Of a stretch of 64,000 nt of DNA, positions 11,273 through 22,670 are shown one piece after another. The DNA comes from Macrostomum hystrix (Eukaryota > Animalia > Platyhelminthes). The stretch is taken from positions 1,488,001 through 1,552,000 of the forward strand of contig CATNEN010000030.1 of NCBI GenBank assembly GCA_950097015.1, written 5' to 3'. The translations under genes were made by a program, and so were the position numbers. Below the pieces are notes generated by a model. That model was given only the letters and a program-made list of their open reading frames with translations. It did not search any database and had not been told where the DNA came from. Position 1 is the stretch's first letter. The number at the start of each line of letters is the position of its first letter.

Positions 11273-13821
11273 TGTCACCGCAAGAGCTAGCCGTCTACGG
11301 CTACCCTCAAGCCGGCTATTACCCAACCCAGATCAGCCCACCAGTGCAGCAGCAGCAGCAGCAGCAGCAGCAGACACAGTTCGCTGCTCTCAGACCAAGC
11401 GATCAGGGCTACGACAGTGACAGCCACGAGACTCTACTGCAGCAGCAGCTGTACTCATACCACTTCCAGCCTCGTTTCCCGGCTCAGCCGCAGCCGCAGC
11501 AGCTCCGGCTGCAACTAGCAGCCTCGGCATCATCTACAACAGCTAAGCAGGCTAGTCCGGGCAGTTCAACAACCTGCGATTCGGCACGTGCCGAGTCGCC
11601 GGCCGACGCCCAACTGGCTGAGGTGACCAGCGATCTCGAGGGCTTAAGCCTGACAGGACAGCGCCACGTAGACATGGCGCTGAGCCAGACGTGAGTTCAT
11701 GATTTTTCTCTGCAAACTGACCGATTTCTGTTGCTAACTCGCCTCCCTGACCTCCCAGGATGGAAGTGGTTTGGCACCATCGGTTTTACCAGTTCTTCCG
11801 GCAGTTCGCGACAGACAACTGGTACCTGATCCCGGTGTTTGACCAGCCGGACGCTTGCCAGGCCGGTATCGGCAGGGCATAGTCGTGGCGCTATTTCAAA
11901 GATCAGGCCAAAGTGCGTTTCATTTGCACGGTGAGTGAATTAATTGACTTCTTTGAGCAGTTTGTTTATGGCGCGAAAATATGTTGTTAAAGGGATCTGT
12001 AGGGATGCAAATTTGATTAATAAAATATGCGTTTGCATGAAAACACTCTCGGATTTTTACTTAAGTAGTATGTAGAGAAACTGACTTGACTTTTCTTAAA
12101 CTTACTTAAGCGGAAGGTAAAATAGTAATATTTTTACAGCTTTTGAAGTATAACCATGAAGTCTAAATTAGTCGGCTCTAATCAAACAAGAAATAGATAT
12201 AACTGCTTTCGGGGTATATATAGGATGAGTCATGCTTGCAGATCAGGACCATAGATAGGTATCTAGGAAAGTAGATCGGTATCTAGGAAAGTAGATAGGT
12301 GACTAGGAAAGTAGATCGGTATCTAGGAAAGTAGATAGGTGACTAGGAAAGTAGATCGGTATCTGGGAAGTAGATAGGTGACTAGGAAAGTACAAGTATA
12401 ATAGATAGGTGTTTAGGAAAGTAGATCGGTATCTAGGAAAGTAGATAGGTGACTAGGAAAGTATATAGGTATCTAGGAAAGTATATAGGTATCTAGGAAA
12501 GTATATAGGTATCTAGGAAAGTATATAGGTATCTAGGAAAGTATATAGGTATCTAGGAAAGTATATAGGTATCTAGGAAAGTAGATCGGTATCTAGGAAA
12601 GTATATAGGTATCTAGGAAAGTATATAGGTATCTAGGAAAGTATATAGGTATCTAGGAAAGTAGATAGGTGACTAGAAAAGTAGATCGGTATCTAGGAAA
12701 GTAGATCGGAATCTAGGAAAGTAGATCGGTATCTAGGAAAGTAGATCGGAATCTAGGAAAGTAGATCGGCATCTAGGAAAATGGATCGGCATCTAGGAAA
12801 GTATATAGGTATCTAGGAAAGTAGATAGGTGAATAGAAAAGTAGATCGGTATCTCGGAAAGTAGATCGGTATCTAGGAAAGTAGATCGGTATCTAGGAAA
12901 ATAGATCGGTATCTCGGAAAGTAGATAGGTATCTAGGAAATTAGATAGGTGTTTAGGAAAGTAGATCGGTATCTCGGAAAGTAGATAGGTATCTAGGAAA
13001 GTAGATAGGTGTTTAGGAAAGTAGATCGGTATCTCGGAAAGTAGATAGGTATCTAGGAAAGTAGATAGGTGACTAGGAAAGTATATATGGATCTAGGAAA
13101 GTATATAGGTGTCTAGGAAAGTAGATCGGTATCTCGGAAAGTAGATAGGTATCTAGGAAAGTAGATAGGTTTTTAGGAAAGCAGATCGGTATCTAGGAAA
13201 GTAGATAGGTTTTTAGGAAAGCAGATCGGTATCTAGGAAAGTAGATAGGTGACTAGGAAAGTAGATCGGTATCTAGGAATGTAGATAAATATCTAGAATG
13301 TGCATCACTATATCATGCAGGGAAAATTGGATTGCAGCTACTCATTTCATTACTTTTAGATACTAAAAAGTGAGATTTGGTTCTGGTGAATTAATAATGT
13401 ATATTGACTTAAAAGAATTAAGCTAATGTTGTGTAATGTTAAATTCGCATCCACCCAGAGCTGCCAGAAGGCCTGGACAAGCATGGGCGGCCAGGTGGTG
13501 TTCTGGATCTTTCGCGACGCCGCTCGCAACATCGGCTGCGTCTATTTCAAGCTCTACGGCCAGAAGTGCACCGACTGCTCTCCGGAGTACTACGAGCACG
13601 CCATCTGGTACCAGGAGGAGGTGGAGAAGGTGGTCGAGAATCTCTACCAGCACGTCGGCCAGGTGTTCTACGGCTGCGAGGCACAGCGTCGCCGAATCGA
13701 TCGTCGGGCCGGCCAGCCGAGGAAGGAGCACAACACGGCCACGTGCCAGGCCTGCCAGGAGAATGTGTGCCGCATGGGCCAGGTGCTGCGCAAGAAGATG
13801 CGCACGGAGTCGACCGCCTGA
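11143..13821 (+). CDS. 3CxxC-type zinc-finger protein (RTP/ZAR1-like family) with polyQ N-terminus; contains an in-frame TAG at 11880-11882
   Basis: Exons 11143-11690, 11759-11930, 13459-13821 (TGA). The spliced product reads WRYFKDQAKVRFICT|SCQKAWTS...KLYGQKCTDC...HNTATCQACQENVC, i.e. three CxxC pairs plus H/C. It is 360 aa if the TAG is read through and 223 aa if not, so this may be a null allele or pseudogene. Confidence 0.82.
12255..13300. repeat. 20-bp minisatellite (~52 copies) in intron 2 of the 3CxxC gene
   Basis: Unit GTAGAT(A/C)GGTATCTAGGAAA; each unit holds the inverted pair TAGAT-N4-ATCTA. Confidence 0.97.
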
Positions 13822-15494
13822 GCTGCCAGCTGATTTTGGAACACTAACGGCGCTTATAGATAGATTTCTGGATTTGTCTTCTTGTAACTTTCTCCGCCTT
13901 ATTTTATTTTGTTGGTCGCCGCTTGACAATTTCTGTGTTAAAGCAAACGAATTTTTTAACACGAATTTCTCGCCATTGGCGCAACTGTAAAAAAATTCGT
14001 GAAAAACTTTTAAAGCTATGATTTTAGTTCGATTTTATGTATAAATTAGAAAGAACTAGAACAAACTAGAACTATGTTTCTAAGAAAATATTTCCGCACG
14101 AATTCAAACTTGATTGCTTTAACGAACTAAAGAAGGTTGTGCGCTAGCAGGTATTTTGTCTCTATCATTATCTTTGTGGTTTTTTATAGATTTTTTTTCA
14201 TGATATTTGTTTTTGAGTGTCAATGTAAGGAATCTTTGTGCGTATATTTTGCTCATTTTTATAGACCCTACGCGCCTACTCACCAGTAGCAATCTATGAA
14301 AAGAAAATGATTCTTCATTTACTGCATGCGATGTTGTGTCAACTTTTTTCGGTTTTCTTGACAAGGAGTGACACAAAACTTAACTTCCTTAGGAATTTGT
14401 AAGAGAAATGCTTAAAACTAGTTTATATACATTTCTAGTGAATGCTGTTTTTTTGCCAACACACAATGTGAAATCAGCTGTGTTATATTGTTCTAGTTAT
14501 GTAGAAAATTGTTTGCTCCCTAAATGTTATCAACACAATGCTTCCTAAAGGAAAAGCAAAGCAGACTGTTCATTACTCATAACATTTTAAACTTTGAATT
14601 ATGTGGCATCATCTTGTGTCATTTTTGTGTGAAATATTTACATTTATGCTTCTGCTTGTATATAAATGCCATCAACTATAATTGTTGTCAGTACCGTGTT
14701 ATTAATATTTAGACGAAGCATTATCGCTCATTTCCCTTCCCGCAGTCATTTAGTAGATCGGTCATTTGCCTTGCCCTCCAGAAGAGAAAGAAAGTGCCAC
14801 CTTAAACAGTCTTCTGCATTCGCGCTGTGTCGTCATCCGACCTATTTATGCAATCCATTTTATTCACTATCAAATTACTTTTCTCATGCTGCCTAGTGAT
14901 GCTTAGTAAGTGTACCATTTTTCGCTTAAAACTTAAATAAAAAACTAAAATAAATATCAACAGAAATAGTCCTATTTAGTTCTGTGTGCTCAAACGCAAC
15001 ATTTGCTAAAAAGTCACTCCATTTCTTTATACAACTAGAATGGCAATAGTAAATGCCTTTTTGCTACTTATAGTAGGCAATAAGAGAATTATCTAACAAC
15101 TACAACTAAAAGTGAACGATCTAACATTATAATATGACTCCAGGGCTGGTTAGTGTTTCTGCGCAGTGCGAGCTATGGGCTTAGTGAGGCTGGCTGCAGA
15201 CTTCCAACAACAAATGCCTTAATTTTCTTCTGCTAATTTCTATCGACCGATTTTTTTGCGAACTCGAATTATAATAATTATAAACTTAACCTGAGCTGAG
15301 TTTATGCTGTATGGTTAATTTATTCACTCAATGCTTGAATTGCTGTTTTAGTGGTACCTGAATGCTTAGCCTTATTTGAGATAAATTTTGTACAAAGCGC
15401 AAGCCTACACTTTGCAGGCTAAACTAAACCGATCACCTAAATTCAGTTTCTAGTGCGCTGTACTGCTATACTGCTATTACTGGAAATGGAAATC

Positions 15495-16210
15495 AACTAA
15501 ATTGAACTAAACCAAAATTAACTGAACTAAACTGTCCTAAACTATACTGAACTGAACTAAACTGTACTAAACTATACTGAACTAAACTAAACTGAACTGA
15601 AATGAACTAAAAGTAACTAAACTGAAATGAACTGAACTAACATGAACTGAACTAAAATAAACTAAACTAAACTGAAATGAACTAAAATGAACTAAACTAT
15701 ACTGAACTAAACCAAAATGAACTGAACTAAACTAAACTAAACTGAACTGAACTAAACTAAACTAAACTGAACTAAACAAAACTGAACTAAACTAAACTAA
15801 ACTGAAATGAACTAAAATGAACTAAACTATACTGAACTAAACCAAAATGAACTGAACTAAACTAAACTAAACTGAACTGAACTAAACTAAACTAAACTGA
15901 ACTAAACTGAAATGAACTAAAATGAACTAAACTATACTGAACTAAACCAAAATGAACTGAACTAAACTAAACTAAACTGAACTGAACTAAACTAAACTAA
16001 ACTGAACTAAACTAAACTGAACTAAACTAAACTAAACTGAAATGAACTGAACTAAAATGAACTAAACTGAAATGAACTGAACTAAAATGAACTAAACTGA
16101 AATGAACTGAACTAAAATGAACTAAACTAAACTAAACTAAACTAAACCGAAATAAACTAAACTGAACTAAAAAACAAAACGGAACTAAACTGAACTGAAC
16201 TAAACAAATC
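15495..16210. repeat. Degenerate pentamer satellite (AACTA/AACTG/AAATG)n
   Basis: Continuous 5-bp periodicity with mixed variants. Confidence 0.95.
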
Positions 16211-16516
16211 AAAACTTTGCGAAAAAATGGAAAATGATAGACTAAGAAAAACTAAGAAATACTAAGCTAAAATAAACAGGCTGCTCTCAAACAGCCACAT
16301 CGAGCATGCATAATGCTATACATAAAGAAATGAAATTTCTGTCGCACTTATCGATTTTGACGATGAGAATTCCCCGGCCATAAAAAACTGGAGAAACCAA
16401 TCTTCCGGTTCTACGGGCTCGGCTGTTTTGAGTCGCCGAGTGCTCATGTGAAAATCAATTTCGGCGCTCGGTCCCCTGAGGCTGCCTTCGCTGGCCTGAA
16501 AAAAGAAATAAGAGTG

Positions 16517-16568
16517 AGGGAGAGAGGGAGAGAGGGAGAGAGGGAGAGAGGGAGAGAGGGAGAGAGGG
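16517..16568. repeat. (AGAGAGGG)n microsatellite, ~6 copies
   Basis: Direct reading. Confidence 0.95.
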
Positions 16569-16725
16569 AACATGGATTGGTTGATGGGAGATGATTGCTT
16601 GTGAAAGCCGATCTGTATAGGCATAAGATCCAAAGGAAAGCCTTTTGCGTCTACGATGCTGCATTGTGAAAGCTATTTTAAGCTAGCTAAAAGTGTCACT
16701 CTGTACTTTTGAAATTTCTATTCTA

Positions 16726-17444
16726 TGGAATGGAAATGGAATGGAAATGGAATGGAAATGGAATGGAAATGGAATGGAAATGGAATGGAAATGGAATGGA
16801 AATGGAATGGAAATGGAATGGAAATGGAATGGAAATGGAATGGAAATGGAATGGAAATGGAATGGAAATGGAATGGAAATGGAATGGAAATGGAATGGAA
16901 ATGGAATGGAAATGGAATGGAAATGGAATGGAAATGGAATGGAAATGGAATGGAAATGGAATGGAAATGGAATGGAAATGGAATGGAAATGGAATGGAAA
17001 TGGAATGGAAATGGAATGGAAATGGAATGGAAATGGAATGGAAATGGAATGGAAATGGAATGGAAATGGAATGGAAATGGAATGGAAATGGAATGGAAAT
17101 GGAATGGAAATGGAATGGAAATGGAATGGAAATGGAATGGAAATGGAATGGAAATGGAATGGAAATGGAATGGAAATGGAATGGAAATGGAATGGAAATG
17201 GAACTGGAATGGAAATGAATGAACTGGAATGGAAAATGGAATGGAAATGGAAATGGAAATGGAATGGAAATGGAATGGAATGGAATGAAATGGAATGGAA
17301 ATGGAATGGAAATGGAATGGAAATGGAATGGTGGAAATGGAATGGAAATGGAATGGAAATGGAATGGAAATGGAATGGAAATGGAATGGAAATGGAATGG
17401 AAATGGAACTGGAAATGGAATGGAAATGGAATGGAAATGGAAAT
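16726..17444. repeat. 11-bp satellite (TGGAATGGAAA)n
   Basis: Essentially perfect to about 17200, then degenerate. It is the source of the spurious MEWKWNGNG/FPFHFHSISI ORFs. Confidence 0.98.
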
Positions 17445-18545
17445 AGTCCAATGAGATGCAAAGTGGTAAAATTGAATGCCACAGCTCCCACAGTGGGACG
17501 GTTATAGTCAGGAAATGCCCACGCATGCAGTAAATTGTGTCCGCAAACTCCAAGATTGGATTTTGCATTCCCTACCCGTAGGCAAGCTTAGGGCATAATT
17601 CTCCTCTTTTCCCTAAAATTCGCCTAGAGTTGTCCATCATAGAAACGTTCCTACCCATCCTCGCTTTCTCTTCAACTTTCTCTCTCCCGTCGCCTCCCGT
17701 CTTGATCAGGCAGTCCTCCCACATCTCGCAGTCGCAGCAGTCGACAGTATTTTCGCGCACACAAGCGAGACTTCCCATCGGTCTGATATCGCCTTCGAAT
17801 CCGTCGGGATCTGGCGTTTGACTTGATGAAAAAAAGCTTCCGTTTAATTTTCCCGACTTTCAAAACTTTCCTTTCATTAGAAAGCTGAAAAAAATAATCT
17901 ACATTTTAGTCAAAGAAAGTTTGTCTGCCTGTTTTAGCTTGTTAACTGTTTAAGAACAGAATAAAAAATGTATTTTCCAAGAAACAAACGGTTTACCCAA
18001 ACTTAACTTCCCCAACTTAAATTTGATTGTCTGAATTTCGAGTGCCTGGATTTTGACTGCCTGAGAATTTTGACTGCCTAAATTTTAACTTCGAGACTTG
18101 CCAAGTTTCAGAGTGGAATAGATTTTCCGTGGCGTCTTCTTTAAATTCTTGGAAAACAAATACGAAAAGTTAAGTTTTGTCGATTTTTTGGGACAAAACG
18201 TCTGTTGATGACTAAGCTAAATGCTGCAGGGCTTCTATTGGCCAGCTATTTGGGATCAATAATCTGGGATGGCCTCGACCTCACAAAATTTTTCCCGTCT
18301 CGTCTTGTCTCCCTCCTACCCACCTCACCGCTGCATGCACGGGGCCTACCCATAGATGCTGTTCTTATTGGCCAACTGTAGTTACTGCCAGGACTGTTCT
18401 AGCCGAGCTTGAAGAGAGAGTGAAGCAGAAGGAGGCAGAATAGAGTGTACAATCTTCGCCTCACAGTTTCATCGAGGCCTCAATGAAGTAAGATAAAAAG
18501 AGAACAACAGAATCTTCCTCAAAAACATCGCTTGTAAAGAAAGCC

Positions 18546-20730
18546 ATGTCGAAGTCCCAGCTGTTGCTGCTGCTGCTGCTGCCGCTGCTGCTGCAGCTGT
18601 TGAGCTTAGCCTCGGCTGGGGATCCCGTTCAGTGGGGCTATGACAAAGCCGACGGGCCCTCGGCCTGGCCGGGCCTCTACAAGCGCTGGTGCTCGGGCAG
18701 AAAACAGTCGCCCATTGATTTGGACTCGGCGAAGGCTGTCTATGACGATTCACTGGACACTTACACCATTAGCGAGCCGGAGTATGCCAAGAGAAATTAC
18801 ACCATTATCAACGATGGGCACAAAGGTGAGTCACTTTTATCATAAAGATCATTAGATGCAGGTCTTTGTTTGCAAGATCATTGGATGCAGGGTCTTTGTG
18901 TACAATATCCTTTAATACAGGGTCTTTGTGTATAAGACTTTTAGAAACAGTATTTGTTTTCAAAATCATTAGATCCAGGCATTTGTTTGCAAGATCATTG
19001 GTTGCAGGGTATTTGTGTACAAGATCATTGGATATAAGGTTTATAGTCTAGTTTATAATGTATCCGTACTCTCCATAGACACTATCTGATCTCTCCCCCC
19101 GCAGTGCTGGTTGAGTTCGAGAATCTGCCGGTGAATCTCAGCCTGAATAAGCACGAGCGCGAGTGCTTCAGGCCGCACCACGTGCATTGGCACTGGGGCG
19201 ACAAAAACAATGTCGGCTCCGAGCACTGGCTGGATGGCCGGCAGTACCCGATGGAGGTTTGTGCTAAATTATTTTGAAAATTATACATCATGGGGTGACT
19301 ACTCGTCAGTAGCCAGTTCTGAATTTACGATTTGAAAAAATTAGCTGGCGATCGTGGCGCCATACGGTCTAATTCGGTTTAGCGAAATTTTTATCTATCT
19401 TGGGACCATAGACATTTAATATAGTTCAGGTCATTGAGCTTAAATACAGTTTAGGCCATAGACGTTAAATACAGATTTGTCGATAGACGTAAAATACAGC
19501 TCAGTCGATGCACAAAAAATAGATATTTTCCTAAAATACAAACTTGCAGGGTCACATTGTTATGTGGGACTGCCGTTTCTGGGACTCGTTCGCCGAGGCA
19601 GCACACGGAATCGACGGCCTGGCCGTTCTTGGCGTGTTCTACGAGGTTCGGCACTACAATCATTCATGAGTGCACTGTCTCACATTTTGAGACTTTCAGA
19701 TTTAGTCCGTGTAATAAAGTGCGGCTGTAATTTTAAATAATTTTAAACAGATCGACAACAGCGTCCAACTTAGTCCCGACCGCGGCATCGGCGAGATCAT
19801 CAGCTTCTTCGACCGGCCGCTGGTGTCCAGTTGCGACGAGTGCGTCAAAAAGGACTACAATAATCCTGGCGTGTCCATGCCAGCCTTCAGCATCAAGGAG
19901 CTGCTGCCGAAGGACATGACGAGCTACTTCGTGTACTACGGCTCGCTGACAACACCGGACTGTCGCGAGAATGTCATGTGGACTGTGTTCCGCCAACCAA
20001 TCAAAATTCCACAGAGCGCGGTGAGAAGCTCATGGTTTAAATATTTCGAGAATATAATATTATTAATAATGGATCACACCTGCCCCCACTGGGCACAGCC
20101 GCAGCTATTGCGCGGCGCATCTGAAGGCTGCGTACGGCTGTTCAGTCCACGGACTGGGGGACGCCACACCCATCCTCAATTATCCCAGCTGATGCTGCTA
20201 CCCATTTAACAGCTGGGTGAACTGGAGTGTCTTGCTCAATCGGACACAAATAGACTCTTTTGGAATGAGACTCGAACTCGCGACCTCTCTAACTAGATTC
20301 AAAACACAGTTAAAATCAAATACGGTACTGAATCCAATGTGCTCAGTATTTTAAAGAGCTTTATTAGCACTTATTATTGTTTCTCATTCTTTTTTTGCAA
20401 ACAAAGGCACCTGTTTGAACACACCCGCCTACTCATCAGTAGTATGCAAAGCACCCGCCCGAAATCCAACCCTCACAACAGATGGACAAATTCCGCAACC
20501 TGTCGATGCCCTTGAACAGCAGCTCGGGGCAGCGGCGTCGGATGGTGAACAATTTCCGCGGCCCTGTGCCACTGAATCCGACCGACCCGATCGGCGCGCG
20601 TCGCCAGCTGTCGCGCTCATTCGCCAGCCTTGTCGGCGGCGCCAGCCAGCTGCGGGCAGCCCGGAGCCCGTTTGAGCTGGCTTTTCTAACTATCTGCAGC
20701 AGCTTTGCCGGAGTTCTGATGCTTCGCTGA
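18546..20730 (+). CDS. Alpha-carbonic anhydrase, secreted and probably GPI-anchored (CA4-like), 348 aa
   Basis: Exons 18546-18825, 19105-19256, 19550-19645, 19751-20020, 20482-20730 (TGA). Leu-rich signal peptide, WGY, QSPIDL, NDGH (His64 equivalent), HVHWHWG (two Zn ligands), GSEH, E|GHIV (third Zn His), YYGSLTTPDC, NNFRGP, and a hydrophobic C-terminus with no cytoplasmic tail. Confidence 0.96.
18843..19040. repeat. Degenerate ~30-bp tandem repeat in carbonic anhydrase intron 1
   Basis: About 6 copies of AAGATCATT(A/G)GATGCAGG(G)TCTTTGT(T/G)T(G/A)C. Confidence 0.8.
20075..20290 (-). mobile_element. tRNA-derived CORE-type SINE copy in carbonic anhydrase intron 4
   Basis: Shares GCGCGGCGCATCTGAAGGCTGCGTACGG...ACAGCTGGGTGAACTG with 30100-30300 and the core with 45750-45980. 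The minus strand has a B-box-like GAGTTCGAGTC near 20270. Confidence 0.7.
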
Positions 20731-21199
20731 ACAATGACAATCTTTGAACGGCGAATGACCGACTTTTCGACATTGAAATAAGTTAGCAAAAAATACTACA
20801 ATTTCGACTCCATTTTCTAGATAATATCCTATTCTATTTCTAAATAATATAACATTTTAGCCATAATGAGTGTTTTGTTCTAGAAATTAACTCAGTGGTT
20901 ACAATCAAACTAATTCTTGATCGTAGTGAAGTTTTCAGCTTAAAAAAACGGATTTTGTTACATTTTTCTGCAGTGTACATATGCACTTGTAGCAACTTAA
21001 TATTTATCCCCGTTTCATAATCTCCAGCTGTATATGTACCTACATTAATTAGAAACAGTGCAATCTTTGGCACAGAGTTCTCAGTTACGAGCGAAAAATT
21101 CTTAAAATTTAATTTTTTAATCTCATATTTAACTATGCCATCTCAAAACTCTACAAGGCTTACATACAGTCTTTTTACTTTTTGGCTAACTTTTTTAAA

Positions 21200-22670
21200 C
21201 TGGATTAGTGCAGGGTGTGACGCTATTAAATAAATTTGTGACACGAATGAGGAAGGGTGTGATACTATTGAAGAAGGGTGTGATACTATTGAAGAAGGGT
21301 GTGATACTATTGAAGAAGGGAATGATACGGATGAGGAAGGGTATGGTACAAATGAAGAAGGGTATGGTACAATTGAAGAAGGGTATGGTACAATTGAAGA
21401 AGGGTATGGTACAATTGAAGAAGGGTATGGTACAATTGAAGAAGGGTGTGGTACAATTGAAGAAGGGTGTGGTACAATTGAAGAATGGCATGGTACAATT
21501 GAAGAAGGGTGTGGTACAATTGAAGAAGGGTATGATACGAATGAAGAAGGGTGTGATACGATTGAAAAGGGTGTGATACGATTGAAAAGGGTGTGATACG
21601 ATTGAAAAGGGTGTGATACGATTGAAAAGGGTGTGATACGATTGAAAAGGGTGTGATACGGATGAGGAAGGGTGTGATACGATTGAAGAAGGGTGTGATA
21701 CGAATGAAGAAGGGTGTGATACGAATGAAGAAAGGTGTGATACGAATGAAGAAGGGTGTGATATGAATGAAGAAGGGTGTGATACGAATGAAGAAGGGTG
21801 TGATACGAATGAAGAAGGGTGTGATACGAGTGAAGAAGGGTGTGATACGAATGAAGAAGGGTGTGATACGAGTGAAGAAGGGTGTGATACGATTGAAAAG
21901 GGTGTGATACGATTGAAAAGGGTGTGATACGATTCAAAAGGGTGTGATACGATTGAAAAGGGTGTGATACGATTGAAAAGGGTGTGATACGATTGAAAAG
22001 GGTGTGATACGATTGAAAAGGGTGTGATACGATTGAAAAGGGTGTGATACGATTGAAAAGGGTGTGATACGATTGAAAAGGGTGTGATACGGATGAGGAA
22101 GGGTGTGATACGATTGAAAAGGGTGTGATACGGATGAGGAAGGGTGTGATACGATTGAAAAGGGTGTGATACGGATGAGGAAGGGTGTGATACGAATGAA
22201 AAGGGTGTGATACGGATGAGGAAGGGTGTGATACGTTTGAAAAGGGTGTGATACGGATGAGGAAGGGTGTGATACGATTGAAAAGGGTGTGATACGGATG
22301 AGGAAGGGTGTGATACGATTGAAAAGGGTGTGATACGATTGAAAAGGGTGTGATACGATTGAAAATGGTGTGATACGATTGAAAAGGGTGTGATACGATT
22401 GAAATGGTGTGATACGATTGAAAGGGTGTGATACGATTGAAAAGGGTGTGATACGATTGAAAAGGGTGTGATACGATTGAAAATGGTGTGATACGATTGA
22501 AAAGGGTGTGATACGATTGAAAAGGGTGTGATACGATTGAAAAGGGTGTGATACGATTGAAAAGGGTGTGATACGATTGAAAAGGGTGTGATACGGATGA
22601 GGAAGGGTGTGATACGATTGAAAAGGGTGTGATACGGTTGAAAAGGGTGTGATACGATTGAAGAAGAGCG
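21200..22670. repeat. 20/21-bp minisatellite (~70 copies) with zoned variants
   Basis: Units GGGTGTGATACGATTGAAAA, GGGTGTGATACGGATGAGGAA, GGGTATGGTACAATTGAAGAA. It accounts for the 500-547 aa repeat ORFs. Confidence 0.98.

Noticed and set aside
11880-11882. Genome-wide reassignment of TAG (all six inferred stops here are TGA)
   Set aside because: Over 2,500 other reconstructed codons contain no in-frame TAG, which is not expected if it were a regular sense codon. Selenocysteine uses TGA, and pyrrolysine is not known in animals.
15495-16210. Telomere-like repeat
   Set aside because: The minus strand reads TTTAG/TTCAG mixtures, not TTAGGG or TTAGG arrays, and the site is interstitial.
16316-16500. 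Exon-like minus-strand segment after a TTTTTTCAG acceptor
   Set aside because: No recognisable protein similarity, no partner exons and no clear donor.
16693-17568. Multiple W/M/N/G- and F/H/P/S-rich ORFs on both strands
   Set aside because: Stop-free 11-bp satellite, not coding.
17572-17830. Cys/acidic minus-strand ORF (DCCDCEMWEDC)
   Set aside because: Short, no identifiable family and no supporting gene structure.
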